DNA of 64,000 nucleotides from Escherichia coli (GTDB lineage Bacteria > Pseudomonadota > Gammaproteobacteria > Enterobacterales > Enterobacteriaceae). Where the stretch lies: the NCBI RefSeq assembly GCF_050920415.1, contig NZ_CP169309.1. One strand, 5' to 3'. Below the pieces are notes generated by a model. That model searched no databases. It had not been told where the DNA came from and was given only the letters and a program-made list of their open reading frames with translations. Each line of letters starts with the position of its first letter. Position 1 is the stretch's first letter. Below, piece after piece: positions 12,607 to 22,590 of the stretch. The translations under genes were made by a program, and so were the position numbers.

Positions 12607-13179
12607 TTATTGCTTTTTAACAAACAAACTGGCGAAGCTGAACAGGCTAGCGGCGCTAAATATCAGTTCAATTCCCACTAGTGTGGAAACCAGCGTTACA
12701 GAAACCATCGGCGTTGCACCAAGGAATATCCAGGCAATGACGATATCCAGCACACCAATAACGAGCTGTAGCCAACTGCCTTTCATTGAACGCTGACGAT
12801 ACCAACTCATCAGACGAATAACTCCTGCCACACAGAACAAACCGGCAATAAATGCCGCAATGGCAAAAATGCCCAGCTCCGGTGCGCGGATGAAGAAATA
12901 GCCGATCAATAAATAGGCGACTGCGACGAGGAAACCGGATAATACCGGCCAGAAATTATGACTGCGGTTGCTGAATAGCCCGACAATAAGCGCAATGCCC
13001 GAGCAGATTAATAATGCACCCACTACTGTGCTTAAAATGTCGCCAGAGACGAACGGAAAACTGATACACAGCAACCCGACGATAAACAGCAGCACGGCAA
13101 TAAACTGGATTGCTCTGCGATGTTTTTTAAGCATCTCCAGATCAAACTTCAAAATTGTTGCCTTATCTATATATAACAT
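12607..13179 (-). CDS. hdeD: Acid-resistance membrane protein HdeD, 190 aa
   Basis: ORF track 190 aa; recognised. Confidence 0.95.
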   Translation of the reverse strand: MLYIDKATILKFDLEMLKKHRRAIQFIAVLLFIVGLLCISFPFVSGDILSTVVGALLICSGIALIVGLFSNRSHNFWPVLSGFLVAVAYLLIGYFFIRAPELGIFAIAAFIAGLFCVAGVIRLMSWYRQRSMKGSWLQLVIGVLDIVIAWIFLGATPMVSVTLVSTLVGIELIFSAASLFSFASLFVKKQ

Positions 13180-13433
13180 AGAACCACCCTATAAAATTAA
13201 GAAGAAAATCCCCTGCTATCAATCTATGCCAAAAACGCGTCTAAGAATGCAGTCGATTTAATAAAAATTTCCTAATTACAGTATCTGATGCATCTGTAAC
13301 TTATTGTATTGAAATAAAAATATCTGATTTTGATATTTTCCATCAACATGACATATACAGAAAACCAGGTTATAACCTCAGTGTCGAAATTGATTCGTGA
13401 CGGCTCTTTCACTTTATAGTTGAGGATATTACG

Positions 13434-13766
13434 ATGAAAAAAGTATTAGGCGTTATTCTTGGTGGTCTGCTTCTTCTGCCAGTTGTGAGCAATGCAGCGG
13501 ATGCGCAAAAAGCAGCTGATAACAAAAAACCGGTCAACACCTGGACCTGTGAAGATTTTCTGGCTGTGGACGAATCCTTCCAGCCAACTGCAGTTGGTTT
13601 TGCTGAAGCACTGAACAATAAAGATAAACCAGAAGATGCGGTTTTAGATGTTCAGGGTATTGCAACCGTAACCCCAGCGATCGTTCAGGCTTGTACTCAG
13701 GATAAACAAGCCAACTTTAAAGATAAAGTTAAAAGCGAATGGGACAAAGTTAAGAAAGATATGTAA
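13434..13766 (+). CDS. hdeA: Periplasmic acid-stress chaperone HdeA, 110 aa
   Basis: ORF track; signal peptide MKKVLGVILGGLLLLPVVSNA; recognised. Confidence 0.96.
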   Translation: MKKVLGVILGGLLLLPVVSNAADAQKAADNKKPVNTWTCEDFLAVDESFQPTAVGFAEALNNKDKPEDAVLDVQGIATVTPAIVQACTQDKQANFKDKVKSEWDKVKKDM

Positions 13767-13881
13767 TTCCGGGAATACGTTACATCGTACTTCCTTGCAT
13801 ATTGAACAGGTAGGAATACCTTCTTCAAAAGCAGCTATTCCTTCTGTTCATATTTAATCTCTATATTGAATGGGTTACAAA

Positions 13882-14208
13882 ATGAATATTTCATCTCTCC
13901 GTAAAGCGTTTATTTTTATGGGCGCTGTAGCGGCTTTGTCACTGGTGAACGCACAATCTGCGCTGGCAGCCAATGAATCCGCTAAGGATATGACTTGCCA
14001 GGAATTTATTGATCTGAATCCAAAAGCAATGACACCGGTTGCGTGGTGGATGCTGCATGAAGAAACAGTTTATAAAGGTGGTGATACTGTTACTTTAAAT
14101 GAAACCGATCTTACTCAAATTCCTAAAGTGATCGAATACTGCAAAAAAAATCCGCAGAAAAATTTGTATACTTTCAAAAATCAAGCATCTAATGACTTGC
14201 CGAATTAA
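13882..14208 (+). CDS. hdeB: Periplasmic acid-stress chaperone HdeB, 108 aa
   Basis: Recognised sequence from MNISSLRKAF...; track ORF begins 4 codons upstream at 13870. Confidence 0.93.
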   Translation: MNISSLRKAFIFMGAVAALSLVNAQSALAANESAKDMTCQEFIDLNPKAMTPVAWWMLHEETVYKGGDTVTLNETDLTQIPKVIEYCKKNPQKNLYTFKNQASNDLPN

Positions 14209-14271
14209 TGGGGCACAAGTAAAAAGGAGTAGCAAGTTGAGCCATCTTGCTGCTCCTTTTTGCATTTTTAT

Positions 14272-14919
14272 ATGACAGCAGAATTTATTATACGTCTTAT
14301 ACTCGCGGCAATTGCCTGTGGCGCTATTGGCATGGAAAGGCAAATGCGCGGCAAAGGAGCAGGGTTACGCACACATGTATTAATTGGCATGGGAAGCGCC
14401 CTGTTTATGATTGTTTCGAAATATGGTTTTGCTGACGTGCTGTCTTTAGATCACGTCGGACTGGACCCCAGCCGTATTGCTGCTCAGGTAGTGACGGGTG
14501 TTGGGTTTATCGGTGCGGGTAACATTCTTGTTCGTAACCAAAATATTGTGGGTCTGACGACGGCAGCCGATATCTGGGTGACTGCCGCCATTGGTATGGT
14601 TATTGGTAGCGGTATGTACGAACTGGGTATTTATGGTTCAGTGATGACCTTGCTGGTGCTGGAAGTCTTTCATCAATTAACCTTCCGCCTGATGAATAAA
14701 AATTACCATTTACAGCTGACATTAGTGAACGGTAATACGGTATCAATGCTCGACTGGTTTAAGCAGCAAAAAATAAAAACGGATTTAGTTTCGTTGCAGG
14801 AAAATGAAGATCATGAAGTGGTCGCCATTGATATCCAGCTTCATGCCACGACGTCGATAGAAGATCTGTTGCGATTATTAAAAGGTATGGCAGGGGTGAA
14901 AGGCGTTTCAATTAGCTAA
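14272..14919 (+). CDS. yhiD: MgtC-family inner membrane protein YhiD, 215 aa
   Basis: Recognised from MTAEFIIRLILAAIACGAIGMERQ...; track ORF begins 4 codons upstream. Confidence 0.92.
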   Translation: MTAEFIIRLILAAIACGAIGMERQMRGKGAGLRTHVLIGMGSALFMIVSKYGFADVLSLDHVGLDPSRIAAQVVTGVGFIGAGNILVRNQNIVGLTTAADIWVTAAIGMVIGSGMYELGIYGSVMTLLVLEVFHQLTFRLMNKNYHLQLTLVNGNTVSMLDWFKQQKIKTDLVSLQENEDHEVVAIDIQLHATTSIEDLLRLLKGMAGVKGVSIS

Positions 14920-14961
14920 TCTGTGTGGTAGCGAAATCACACTCGCCACCCTACTGGAAAT

Positions 14962-15492
14962 TCACACCAGATAATCAATATGCTGATGGCGTACCAACTC
15001 ATTGATCCGCTTAAGATTGAGGATCATCATGATATTGTGTTTATGGCAGTAGAACGTTTTTAGCGATATTTTCAGTTTCTCCAGAATATCTTCCGTTGTC
15101 ATTTGATTCGCAATGCAGCTTAGAACCTGATGCTGCTTGCGCGAAAGGGACACATCCGCTTCAGGCACAGAGCAGTAACTGCCATTGATGAGTGCGACAA
15201 AGTCGATGATGGTGATAGTTCGCGGAACAAAGGTCACCGGTACTTTCCCCAGGCAGCGTTTAATATTAAAGGGAGAGAAAATAATCACATGGACAGGTTT
15301 TAATCGTTCAATCTGAGTGAGCAAATTAGAATGAAATACATTATTCATTAATGTATCAATAATGACGAAGGCATGCTGATGCAACATTACGTCGATCTCT
15401 TCTTCGTTCTGTATATGAACGACATTACCTTTGCTCAGAATGTTTTTCATCGCAGTGAAGAACATCGTATCCCTGGTAATTATAAGAAACAT
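14962..15492 (-). CDS. dctR: LuxR-family regulator DctR (YhiF), 176 aa
   Basis: ORF track 176 aa; recognised. Confidence 0.93.
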   Translation of the reverse strand: MFLIITRDTMFFTAMKNILSKGNVVHIQNEEEIDVMLHQHAFVIIDTLMNNVFHSNLLTQIERLKPVHVIIFSPFNIKRCLGKVPVTFVPRTITIIDFVALINGSYCSVPEADVSLSRKQHQVLSCIANQMTTEDILEKLKISLKTFYCHKHNIMMILNLKRINELVRHQHIDYLV

Positions 15493-15647
15493 AACCGACT
15501 CCTGGTGCGGACATTAACTTTATAATCAGTTTGCCAAAGGTAATTAACAGGACAGGGCTTATAATAATAATAGTTAGCTGGCTGTGTATTAATTTAATGT
15601 AATGCATGATGCAGATGCTGAGAAAGCATCTGCATCTCTCGGTGGTG

Positions 15648-16214
15648 TTATTTGACCAGCTCAGGTGTTACTTGACTCACCGCATTGGTGTAGTAAGGCG
15701 CGCCCCAGCCCGGTTCCGGCCAGAATGCACCATAGCCGTAATCCCACAGGTTATAGGTGGTATTAACCACTTCTCTCAAATGCCACACCTGGATTCCCTG
15801 CATATTCACTTCCAGGAAGTTATACGGGACTTTATTGATAAAGCCAGGTTGTTCACCCTGAATGGTACCGAGGATGGTAACAAAGTGATTACGATAGTTC
15901 ACTGGATCAAGGAAGCCGCTTTGTCTGGCGAGCAGTCGGCCCTGATAGTTGGCTTCAATATCAGGCTTCGCATAGCTATCCAACGGTAATACAGCGATTT
16001 CTAACAACGTATCCGTTTTGCCATTGATAACGTTGATAACCTTCCCGCCAAAGCGCGCTTGTTGACCAACATATAACCCCGGCTGGTTATGAACAGCAAC
16101 AAAACTTTTTTGAATATCAGGTTGGTTATTGCCTTTGATATTTTGCGGAATTGAACTACATGCGGCAAGCAAAAATGAAAGGCTGAGGATGAGTGCACCT
16201 TTTGTCATGTTCAT
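15648..16214 (-). CDS. slp: Outer membrane starvation lipoprotein Slp, 188 aa
   Basis: Recognised from MNMTKGALILSLSFLLAACSS (lipobox); track ORF extends further upstream to 16433. Confidence 0.93.
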   Translation of the reverse strand: MNMTKGALILSLSFLLAACSSIPQNIKGNNQPDIQKSFVAVHNQPGLYVGQQARFGGKVINVINGKTDTLLEIAVLPLDSYAKPDIEANYQGRLLARQSGFLDPVNYRNHFVTILGTIQGEQPGFINKVPYNFLEVNMQGIQVWHLREVVNTTYNLWDYGYGAFWPEPGWGAPYYTNAVSQVTPELVK

Positions 16215-16459
16215 GTTACTATCCTTATCAACAAATATTAAAACCATAATAGATATTTCTTTATAGTTTTCATCTGATTCTGAGGCGATATGCCTGATAG
16301 TAACGTAAACCTGTCTGATGTTTATATCCCTTCTGTTTAGTTTTATTCTGTTAATTTTGGGGCGTGACATGAGTATCCATCGCCCCATAAAATAGCCTTT
16401 TTTTAAAGGTACATAAAATCTATTTTTATTCAATACTTATAAAGCGCTAATGTTCAATA

Positions 16460-17683
16460 TTATGGGGTTATATTCTGGTAATGATTTGATAAGCGAATTC
16501 TTTTGCCAGTTGGTATTTCTATTTCCACCCCATAATTTATAGTTTTTTCATCAGGTAGCGATCTCTTTAAATAAGGTGCGTATGACATTTTTTTAGGATG
16601 AAACGTATCGTGTTGAAATATTTCGAATTGATATTCAGACATTTCTGCCCATGTTTGAATTTTATTGTATCGGGAGAGTGTCGTAAAGGCTTTAACTTGC
16701 TTATAACATTGTTTTTGGAATTCTTGCTGATATTTTATTATGTCGTTGTATGAAAGATTATTTACCCTGGTTTCTAATAATTCTATTATTGTCGAAGCAA
16801 TTTCCGCTTTTGCTCTTAAAGAGTTGTCATTAATGGTTAATAATGTTGAAAATAAACCATTGATTTGTTTGTCAACATATTGTTCATCTTTATGTAATTT
16901 TGTGATAGGGTTTTCCTTATGTGAAAAAATAGTATCAAATAAATTTGCGTCAGTGAAGTTTACATTAAGTAGATCTTCGAAATAAAACCTTGACAAGGTT
17001 AGAACGAACCCGGACAGGTCCTGTCCTGTCATATTGAAATCAATAAAGTTGGTTCCAGCAAAGACTTTCATCCTGTTTTCATTTTTACTGTGCTCAATAT
17101 ACAACCTTGTCATTTTTTGGTACAAGCGTTGAATATCTTTTATATCAGTTGGTAGATCAGTTCGTTGCCCAGAAAAATTTTTATTTTCGGAAGAAACGGT
17201 TTGGACACTGAATCTTACTGGTATTCCCTCTTCTACGAGAATTTTAGTTATGATTGGCTTATTGGGCTTAGGATTAAAGACAACAATGATTTTAGATTCA
17301 GAGTTTTTATTCTTTTCGTATCTAATGTTATTAATCTGATTAAGTATTGATTGTGTCTGTTGCGTAAGTGGTGTCGAACTTATCGTTTCAATGTTATTAA
17401 TAAGTTTTACAAGTTGAGCCACAACTTTTGAGTAGTCTGCATTTGTATATGTGGTGTTCGTGTGGCACGCATTAATTTGTTGGAGTTGTTGTTTCGCTAA
17501 ATCAAATTGTTCAGCGTTATATCCTTCTTCAGACAATGAAAAATTAACGGGTTGCTGTTCTTCCTGATTATCACAAGGCCACATCGGTGTGTTTGGTGTT
17601 TTAACATTGTCGGTATCTGTTGTGCGGTTATAAATATCGCCGTGATATGTGTTTATCATACCTGGGGTAAAGTCAATTGACAT
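16460..17683 (-). CDS. yhiS: YhiS, uncharacterised protein, 407 aa; intact here (IS5-disrupted pseudogene in K-12 MG1655)
   Basis: Single 407-aa ORF in a strongly AT-rich block; position between slp and ars genes matches yhiS; no IS5 sequence present. Confidence 0.8.
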   Translation of the reverse strand: MSIDFTPGMINTYHGDIYNRTTDTDNVKTPNTPMWPCDNQEEQQPVNFSLSEEGYNAEQFDLAKQQLQQINACHTNTTYTNADYSKVVAQLVKLINNIETISSTPLTQQTQSILNQINNIRYEKNKNSESKIIVVFNPKPNKPIITKILVEEGIPVRFSVQTVSSENKNFSGQRTDLPTDIKDIQRLYQKMTRLYIEHSKNENRMKVFAGTNFIDFNMTGQDLSGFVLTLSRFYFEDLLNVNFTDANLFDTIFSHKENPITKLHKDEQYVDKQINGLFSTLLTINDNSLRAKAEIASTIIELLETRVNNLSYNDIIKYQQEFQKQCYKQVKAFTTLSRYNKIQTWAEMSEYQFEIFQHDTFHPKKMSYAPYLKRSLPDEKTINYGVEIEIPTGKRIRLSNHYQNITP

Positions 17684-18263
17684 AACATTCCTTATTGTTC
17701 ATCTATTTCGCTAAATTTTTGCAAATCGGAGAATTAGAACAGGAATGGATTTTCTTCTACGCGGAAATAAACACAATGCGTCATATCTTCCTGATATAAT
17801 TACCTTTAACTTCCCTTTCATTTCCACCCGGTAATATTTGTGTATAAAAAAAGGGCAGTGATAGTATCGTAAAGGAAAACATTAACAACTATCAAAAAGC
17901 GCTCATTTTAAAAAGTTATGATGTTCTCCGATAGTGTGTGAAGTGATATTTTTGTGATGTTTTAGATGTGTAATAATGAACCAGGTTGAAGTGTATTTAA
18001 AAATGTGTTGTATTGGCGACTGAAATCTGCCCTTTAAAAGGGGGGATAGCACTGAGACAAAGAGGCATTGCTTCTCCGATAAAATGTCAGAGAAGCATGA
18101 TTGCGTGGTGATTGTCGATTGATGACTTACTGACGGATCCGTCATCATTCTCAAAGCATTAGTTAAGTTATTTGTGATTTTTAAGGATTATCCTATCTAT
18201 GATTTTCTACTCAGAAGGATAAGACACTCACAATGCTCCTTATAGTTTACTGCTGGCATCTAT

Positions 18264-19277
18264 TTAAAATAGCATTTGAGTCAAATAGCCCATCAAGATA
18301 GCCATACCTAAGATAACCGTCAGGAATGCAACTATCATCGGTATTCTGAACATTGATTTAAGTAATATCACTTCCGTCAGGCTTGCTCCGGCACTGCCGA
18401 TGATTAATGCCATTAATGCTCCCGGACCCATTCCTTTTGTCATCAGAACAGATGCCAGAGGGATAACCGCCTCTGCCCGGATATACAGCGGGATTCCGAC
18501 AACGGCGCTCAATGGGATGGCGAAGGGATTATCTGCCCCTGCATGAGCGGCAATCCACTCTGAGGGAATAAAGCCATAAATAAAAGAGCCTATTAATACC
18601 CCTAACAAAAGATATGGCAGTACATCTTTAAACTGTTGCAACGCATCTTTGGTGGCTAGTTTTATGGGATTAATACTTACCACAGCTTTGGTACTGCAAC
18701 AGTTTACTACAGGTTTCTCAATGGCTTTAGCCGCTGGACTACAGCAACTCACTTTTATTGGCGTATAAGTCGTCCCCGGCGAAGTTTTGGCTGGAGAGCA
18801 ACAATTTGCTGATGAGCTTTTACTGGCAATGATATGACGTTCAAATCTCAGAGAATCCAGGATAATACTGGCAAGTACGGAGACGCCGGCGGCGATAATC
18901 GCGTACAACAAGGTAACTTTCCAACCAAAGGTCACCCACATTAACCCGACGATAATGGGATTAAGTAACGGTGAAACAAATAAAAAAGTGAGAGTCGGAC
19001 CAAACCCGGCTTTCGCTGACAACAATCCACGTAGCATGGGTATTGTCGAGCAACTACAGAACGGGGTAACGGCTCCCAACAGAGCAGCCAGGAGATAGCC
19101 TCTCCCTTTTCTGGCCCCCATCATCTGCTGGATTTTATGGTCTGGCACCTTTTGTCTTATCAGGCTGACACCGGCACTAATCACTATAAACAGCAAAGAA
19201 AGCTCGACGGCGAGAAACACAAACATCTCTGCGGCATCTTGCAGCATCGCAAGCCAACTACTCATAAGTAACCTCAT
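18264..19277 (-). CDS. ArsP-family (DUF318) permease, putative organoarsenical efflux permease, 337 aa
   Basis: Polytopic membrane protein with TPFCSCSTIP motif (ArsP signature TPFcSCSxxP) and Cys-rich central loop (CCSP...SCCSP...NCCS); not present at this position in K-12. Confidence 0.75.
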   Translation of the reverse strand: MRLLMSSWLAMLQDAAEMFVFLAVELSLLFIVISAGVSLIRQKVPDHKIQQMMGARKGRGYLLAALLGAVTPFCSCSTIPMLRGLLSAKAGFGPTLTFLFVSPLLNPIIVGLMWVTFGWKVTLLYAIIAAGVSVLASIILDSLRFERHIIASKSSSANCCSPAKTSPGTTYTPIKVSCCSPAAKAIEKPVVNCCSTKAVVSINPIKLATKDALQQFKDVLPYLLLGVLIGSFIYGFIPSEWIAAHAGADNPFAIPLSAVVGIPLYIRAEAVIPLASVLMTKGMGPGALMALIIGSAGASLTEVILLKSMFRIPMIVAFLTVILGMAILMGYLTQMLF

Positions 19278-19290
19278 TGAATAAAACTAT

Positions 19291-19347
19291 ATTTCCAGAA
19301 TAATCGAAATAAAGTTCAGATCAAGATATTTCTGGTATTATCGAAAT
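19291..19347. promoter_or_regulatory. Two similar 20-bp dyad sites (ATTTC-N10-GAAAT) in the divergent promoter region; candidate ArsR-family operators
   Basis: atttccagaataatcgaaat (19291-19310) and atttctggtattatcgaaat (19328-19347) between divergent genes. Confidence 0.45.
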
Positions 19348-19372
19348 ATCAACCAGACAGAGGGGGTGACAC

Positions 19373-19693
19373 ATGCAATTGGAAGAGGTCGCTAAGGCAC
19401 TGAAAGAGTTAGGTCATCCGACCCGTTTGTTCATATTTAAGCATCTGGTCAAAGCGGGGGAACAAGGTTTGCCGGTCGGTGAGTTGCAAAAGCAGCTTGG
19501 GATACCCGGCTCTACACTCAGTCACCATATTTCAGCACTGGTATCGGTAGGGTTGGTCAAACAAAACCGTGAGAGTCGGACGCTGATGTGTGTTTCGCAA
19601 TACGCAATGCTGGAAGCGATAATTGAATTCTTACGTGAGGAGTGCTGCGTAAACAGCAAAACAGATAGCGAAGGAGCCACGAAGAACAAATAA
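19373..19693 (+). CDS. ArsR/SmtB-family transcriptional regulator, 106 aa, with C-terminal vicinal cysteines (Cys91-Cys92)
   Basis: Winged-helix core (LSHHISALVSVGLV); lacks the helix ELCVC metalloid site of canonical ArsR; divergent from the ArsP-like gene. Confidence 0.75.
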   Translation: MQLEEVAKALKELGHPTRLFIFKHLVKAGEQGLPVGELQKQLGIPGSTLSHHISALVSVGLVKQNRESRTLMCVSQYAMLEAIIEFLREECCVNSKTDSEGATKNK

Positions 19694-19713
19694 GGGGGCA
19701 TATCCCCCTATAG

Positions 19714-20139
19714 TTATTTCAGGCGTTTACCCGCTTCATCAACCACTTTCTCGCCATCTTCCTTGGTGAACGCGCCTTGTTGCGCATCTGGCAGAATTTC
19801 CAGCACGACTTCTGAAGGGCGGCACAGGCGAGTTCCCAGCGGCGTCACCACAATCGGGCGATTAATCAGAATCGGGTGCTGAAGCATAAAGTCGATTAAC
19901 CGATCGTCAGTAAATTTATCTTCTGCAAGGCCCAGTTCCTCATACGGCTCGACGTTTTTACGCAACAGCGCGCGTACGGAAATCCCCATATCGGCAATGA
20001 GTTTGACCAGCTCATCGCGCGTTGGCGGTGTTTCCAGATAATAGATAATGGTCGGTTCTGTACCGCTGTTGCGGATCATCTCCAGCGTATTACGCGACGT
20101 GCCGCAGGCCGGGTTGTGATAAATAGTAATGTTGCTCAT
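19714..20139 (-). CDS. arsC: Arsenate reductase ArsC, 141 aa
   Basis: ORF track 141 aa; MSNITIYHNPACGTSRNTLEMIR... recognised. Confidence 0.96.
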   Translation of the reverse strand: MSNITIYHNPACGTSRNTLEMIRNSGTEPTIIYYLETPPTRDELVKLIADMGISVRALLRKNVEPYEELGLAEDKFTDDRLIDFMLQHPILINRPIVVTPLGTRLCRPSEVVLEILPDAQQGAFTKEDGEKVVDEAGKRLK

Positions 20140-20151
20140 ATCAGTATCTCA

Positions 20152-21441
20152 TTACGATGTGAAAGAGAGACGAAGCGCCAGCGCGGTAAGCGTCACAAAC
20201 AGCACCGGCAGGGTCATGATAATCCCTGTACGGAAGTAATATCCCCAGCTGATAGTCATATTCTTCTGCGAAAGTACGTGCAGCCATAGTAGCGTTGCCA
20301 GGCTACCAATCGGTGTAATTTTCGGCCCCAAATCGCAGCCAATCACGTTGGCATAAACCATCGCTTCTTTGATGACACCAGATGCCGTGCTGCCATCAAT
20401 GGACAACGCGCCAACCAGTACCGTCGGCATATTGTTCATAATAGAAGAGAGGAAGGCGGTGAGGAATCCGGTGCCGAGTGTCGCCGCCCACAGGCCGTGA
20501 TCCGCCAGCACGTTGAGTACTCCAGAAAGATATTCCGTTAGTCCGGCATTGCGCAGGCCATAAACCACCAGATACATGCCGAGCGAGAAGATGACAATCT
20601 GCCAGGGGGCACCGCGCAGCACTTTACCCGTATTAATCGCATGACCGCGTTTAGCGACGGCAAATAATATCAGCGCGCCCACTGCCGCAATGGCGCTTAC
20701 CGGAATGCCGAGCGGTTCCAGGACGAAAAATCCCACCAGCAGAAGCAGTAAAACAACCCAGCCAGTTTTGAAGGTGGCAGGATCTTTAACCGCTTCTACG
20801 GGAGATTTAAGCAGCGCCATGTCGTAGTTCTGCGGAATATCTTTGCGGAAATAGAGATGCAACATCACCAGGGTAGCCAGTATTGCAGCGATATCCACCG
20901 GCACCATCACCGAGGCGTATTCGCGAAAGCCGAGGCTAAAGAAATCTGCCGAAACGATATTCACCAGATTGGAGACAATAAGCGGCAGGCTGGCGGTATC
21001 GGCAATGAATCCGGCCGCCATAACAAACGCCAGCGTAGTGCCTTTGCTGAACCCTAAAGCCAGCAGCATGGCGATGACAATCGGCGTCAAAATAAGCGCC
21101 GCGCCATCATTGGCAAACAGGGCCGCAACGGTAGCACCGAGCAGGACAATCCAGGTAAACAGCAAGCGACCGCGCCCATTGCCCCAGCGTGAGACGTGCA
21201 GCGCCGCCCATTCAAAAAAGCCGGACTCATCCAGCAGCAGGCTGATGATAATGACGGCAATAAACGCAGCCGTCGCGTTCCAGACGATATTCCACACCAC
21301 CGGAATATCGCCCGGATGGACCACGCCAGTAACTAACGCCAGTACGGCGCCCAGTGTCGCACTCCAGCCGATGCCTAAACCTTTCGGCTGCCAGATAACC
21401 AATACGATGGTCAGGACAAAGATAGCGCCCGCCAGTAACAT
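20152..21441 (-). CDS. arsB: Arsenite efflux pump ArsB, 429 aa
   Basis: Recognised from [23 protein letters not shown]...; track ORF extends 7 codons upstream to 21462. Confidence 0.94.
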   Translation of the reverse strand: MLLAGAIFVLTIVLVIWQPKGLGIGWSATLGAVLALVTGVVHPGDIPVVWNIVWNATAAFIAVIIISLLLDESGFFEWAALHVSRWGNGRGRLLFTWIVLLGATVAALFANDGAALILTPIVIAMLLALGFSKGTTLAFVMAAGFIADTASLPLIVSNLVNIVSADFFSLGFREYASVMVPVDIAAILATLVMLHLYFRKDIPQNYDMALLKSPVEAVKDPATFKTGWVVLLLLLVGFFVLEPLGIPVSAIAAVGALILFAVAKRGHAINTGKVLRGAPWQIVIFSLGMYLVVYGLRNAGLTEYLSGVLNVLADHGLWAATLGTGFLTAFLSSIMNNMPTVLVGALSIDGSTASGVIKEAMVYANVIGCDLGPKITPIGSLATLLWLHVLSQKNMTISWGYYFRTGIIMTLPVLFVTLTALALRLSFTS

Positions 21442-21495
21442 CATGCCTCCTGGATAAAACACATTCGAATATTCATATGTGTTTAGATAAATTTT

Positions 21496-21849
21496 TTAAC
21501 TACAAATATTCTTACTGTCTGCGGAACAATTTTGTCTGGCGAGGTTACGGACAATCACCTGAACCTTTTCCTGTTCGCATCGCCAGGCCTGCTCAATAAT
21601 TTTCGCCGCCCATGCTGGAATATGCGGCGATAAACGGTAATGAACCCACTTTCCTTGCTTGCGGTCCAGCAATAGCCCACTTTCACGCAGTAATGCCAGA
21701 TGGCGGGAGATCTTGGGCTGCGACTGATCGAGGGCAGTGCACAGATCGCAGACGCATAACTCTCCCAGTTCGCTGAGCAGTAAAACGATGCCCAGACGGG
21801 TTTCATCGGCAAGAATTTTGAAGAGTTGGATGGGTAACAGAAATGACAT
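21496..21849 (-). CDS. arsR: Arsenic-responsive repressor ArsR, 117 aa
   Basis: ORF track 117 aa; ELCVCDLC metalloid-binding motif; recognised. Confidence 0.95.
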   Translation of the reverse strand: MSFLLPIQLFKILADETRLGIVLLLSELGELCVCDLCTALDQSQPKISRHLALLRESGLLLDRKQGKWVHYRLSPHIPAWAAKIIEQAWRCEQEKVQVIVRNLARQNCSADSKNICS

Positions 21850-22002
21850 ATTGCGCTCCTGATTGTTGCACTTAGTGTCTCTCTTCGAAGCGGATAAGTC
21901 AAAAACATATATGTTTTAACGAATGCATAAGTGCAAAAGTAAGTAATAGGTGTGAATTTTGAGTTGGGTATTCATTTGAAAGGAAGGCTGAATCAGGATG
22001 TA

Positions 22003-22088
22003 AAAAAACCGACTTTGCGTCGGTTTTTTACTCTTCAGCCAGAGTTGGTGGCTCTGGCTGGAGTGAGAATGCCCACATCTAACGGTTC
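22003..22088 (-). ncRNA. agrA: AgrA small RNA (dinQ-antisense family); boundaries approximate
   Basis: First copy of a roughly 120-bp repeat; minus-strand intrinsic terminator hairpin ccgactttgcgtcgg plus U-run at 22002-22029. Confidence 0.55.
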
Positions 22089-22235
22089 AATACTATTAGC
22101 CAGTGGCTAACATTGCAAGCGTTAGCGATTTCTTCAGCTGGCGAAGGGACAGTTTGCTATACATGGTGGTGAAAGAGGATTGATATACTTTCATCGGGTC
22201 GCTGCCGTACCAAGCCTTGTCCGAATCCGGACGTA

Positions 22236-22321
22236 AAAAAACCGACTTACGTCGGTTTTTTTACTCTTCAGCCCTGAGTTGGTGGCCCTGGCTGGAGTGA
22301 GATAGCCATCATCTAACACAT
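22236..22321 (-). ncRNA. agrB: AgrB small RNA, antitoxin-type antisense regulator of dinQ; boundaries approximate
   Basis: Second repeat copy; minus-strand RNA is complementary to a segment in the dinQ 5' UTR (22483-22515); terminator hairpin 22238-22263. Confidence 0.55.
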
Positions 22322-22381
22322 CAATGCTAATACCATACTGAAACTATTGCAAGGACATGCTGGTTTTATAACCCGCAAGTA

Positions 22382-22397
22382 CTGTATGATTATCCAG
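22382..22397 (+). promoter_or_regulatory. LexA box upstream of dinQ
   Basis: CTGTATGATTATCCAG matches the CTGT-N8-ACAG SOS box. Confidence 0.7.
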
Positions 22398-22590
22398 TTG
22401 GCTCTGAGGCATTTTCACTCTGGCAATGCGCATAAACGCTTTCAAAGTCCTGATCAGTGGTACGGGTGGTGCCGTTAACTGATGCTCTGGCCGGAGTGAG
22501 ATAGTCGTCATCTAACAATGAGGCATGCGCCGTGACAGGCAGTGGATGAGTAAGCGGATGCATTCTCACTCCATCGCATGGAGAAAACGG

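Noticed and set aside
17903-18154. 83-aa ORF in the AT-rich yhiS upstream region
   Set aside because: AT-rich intergenic DNA generates ORFs by chance; no RBS or conservation signal visible
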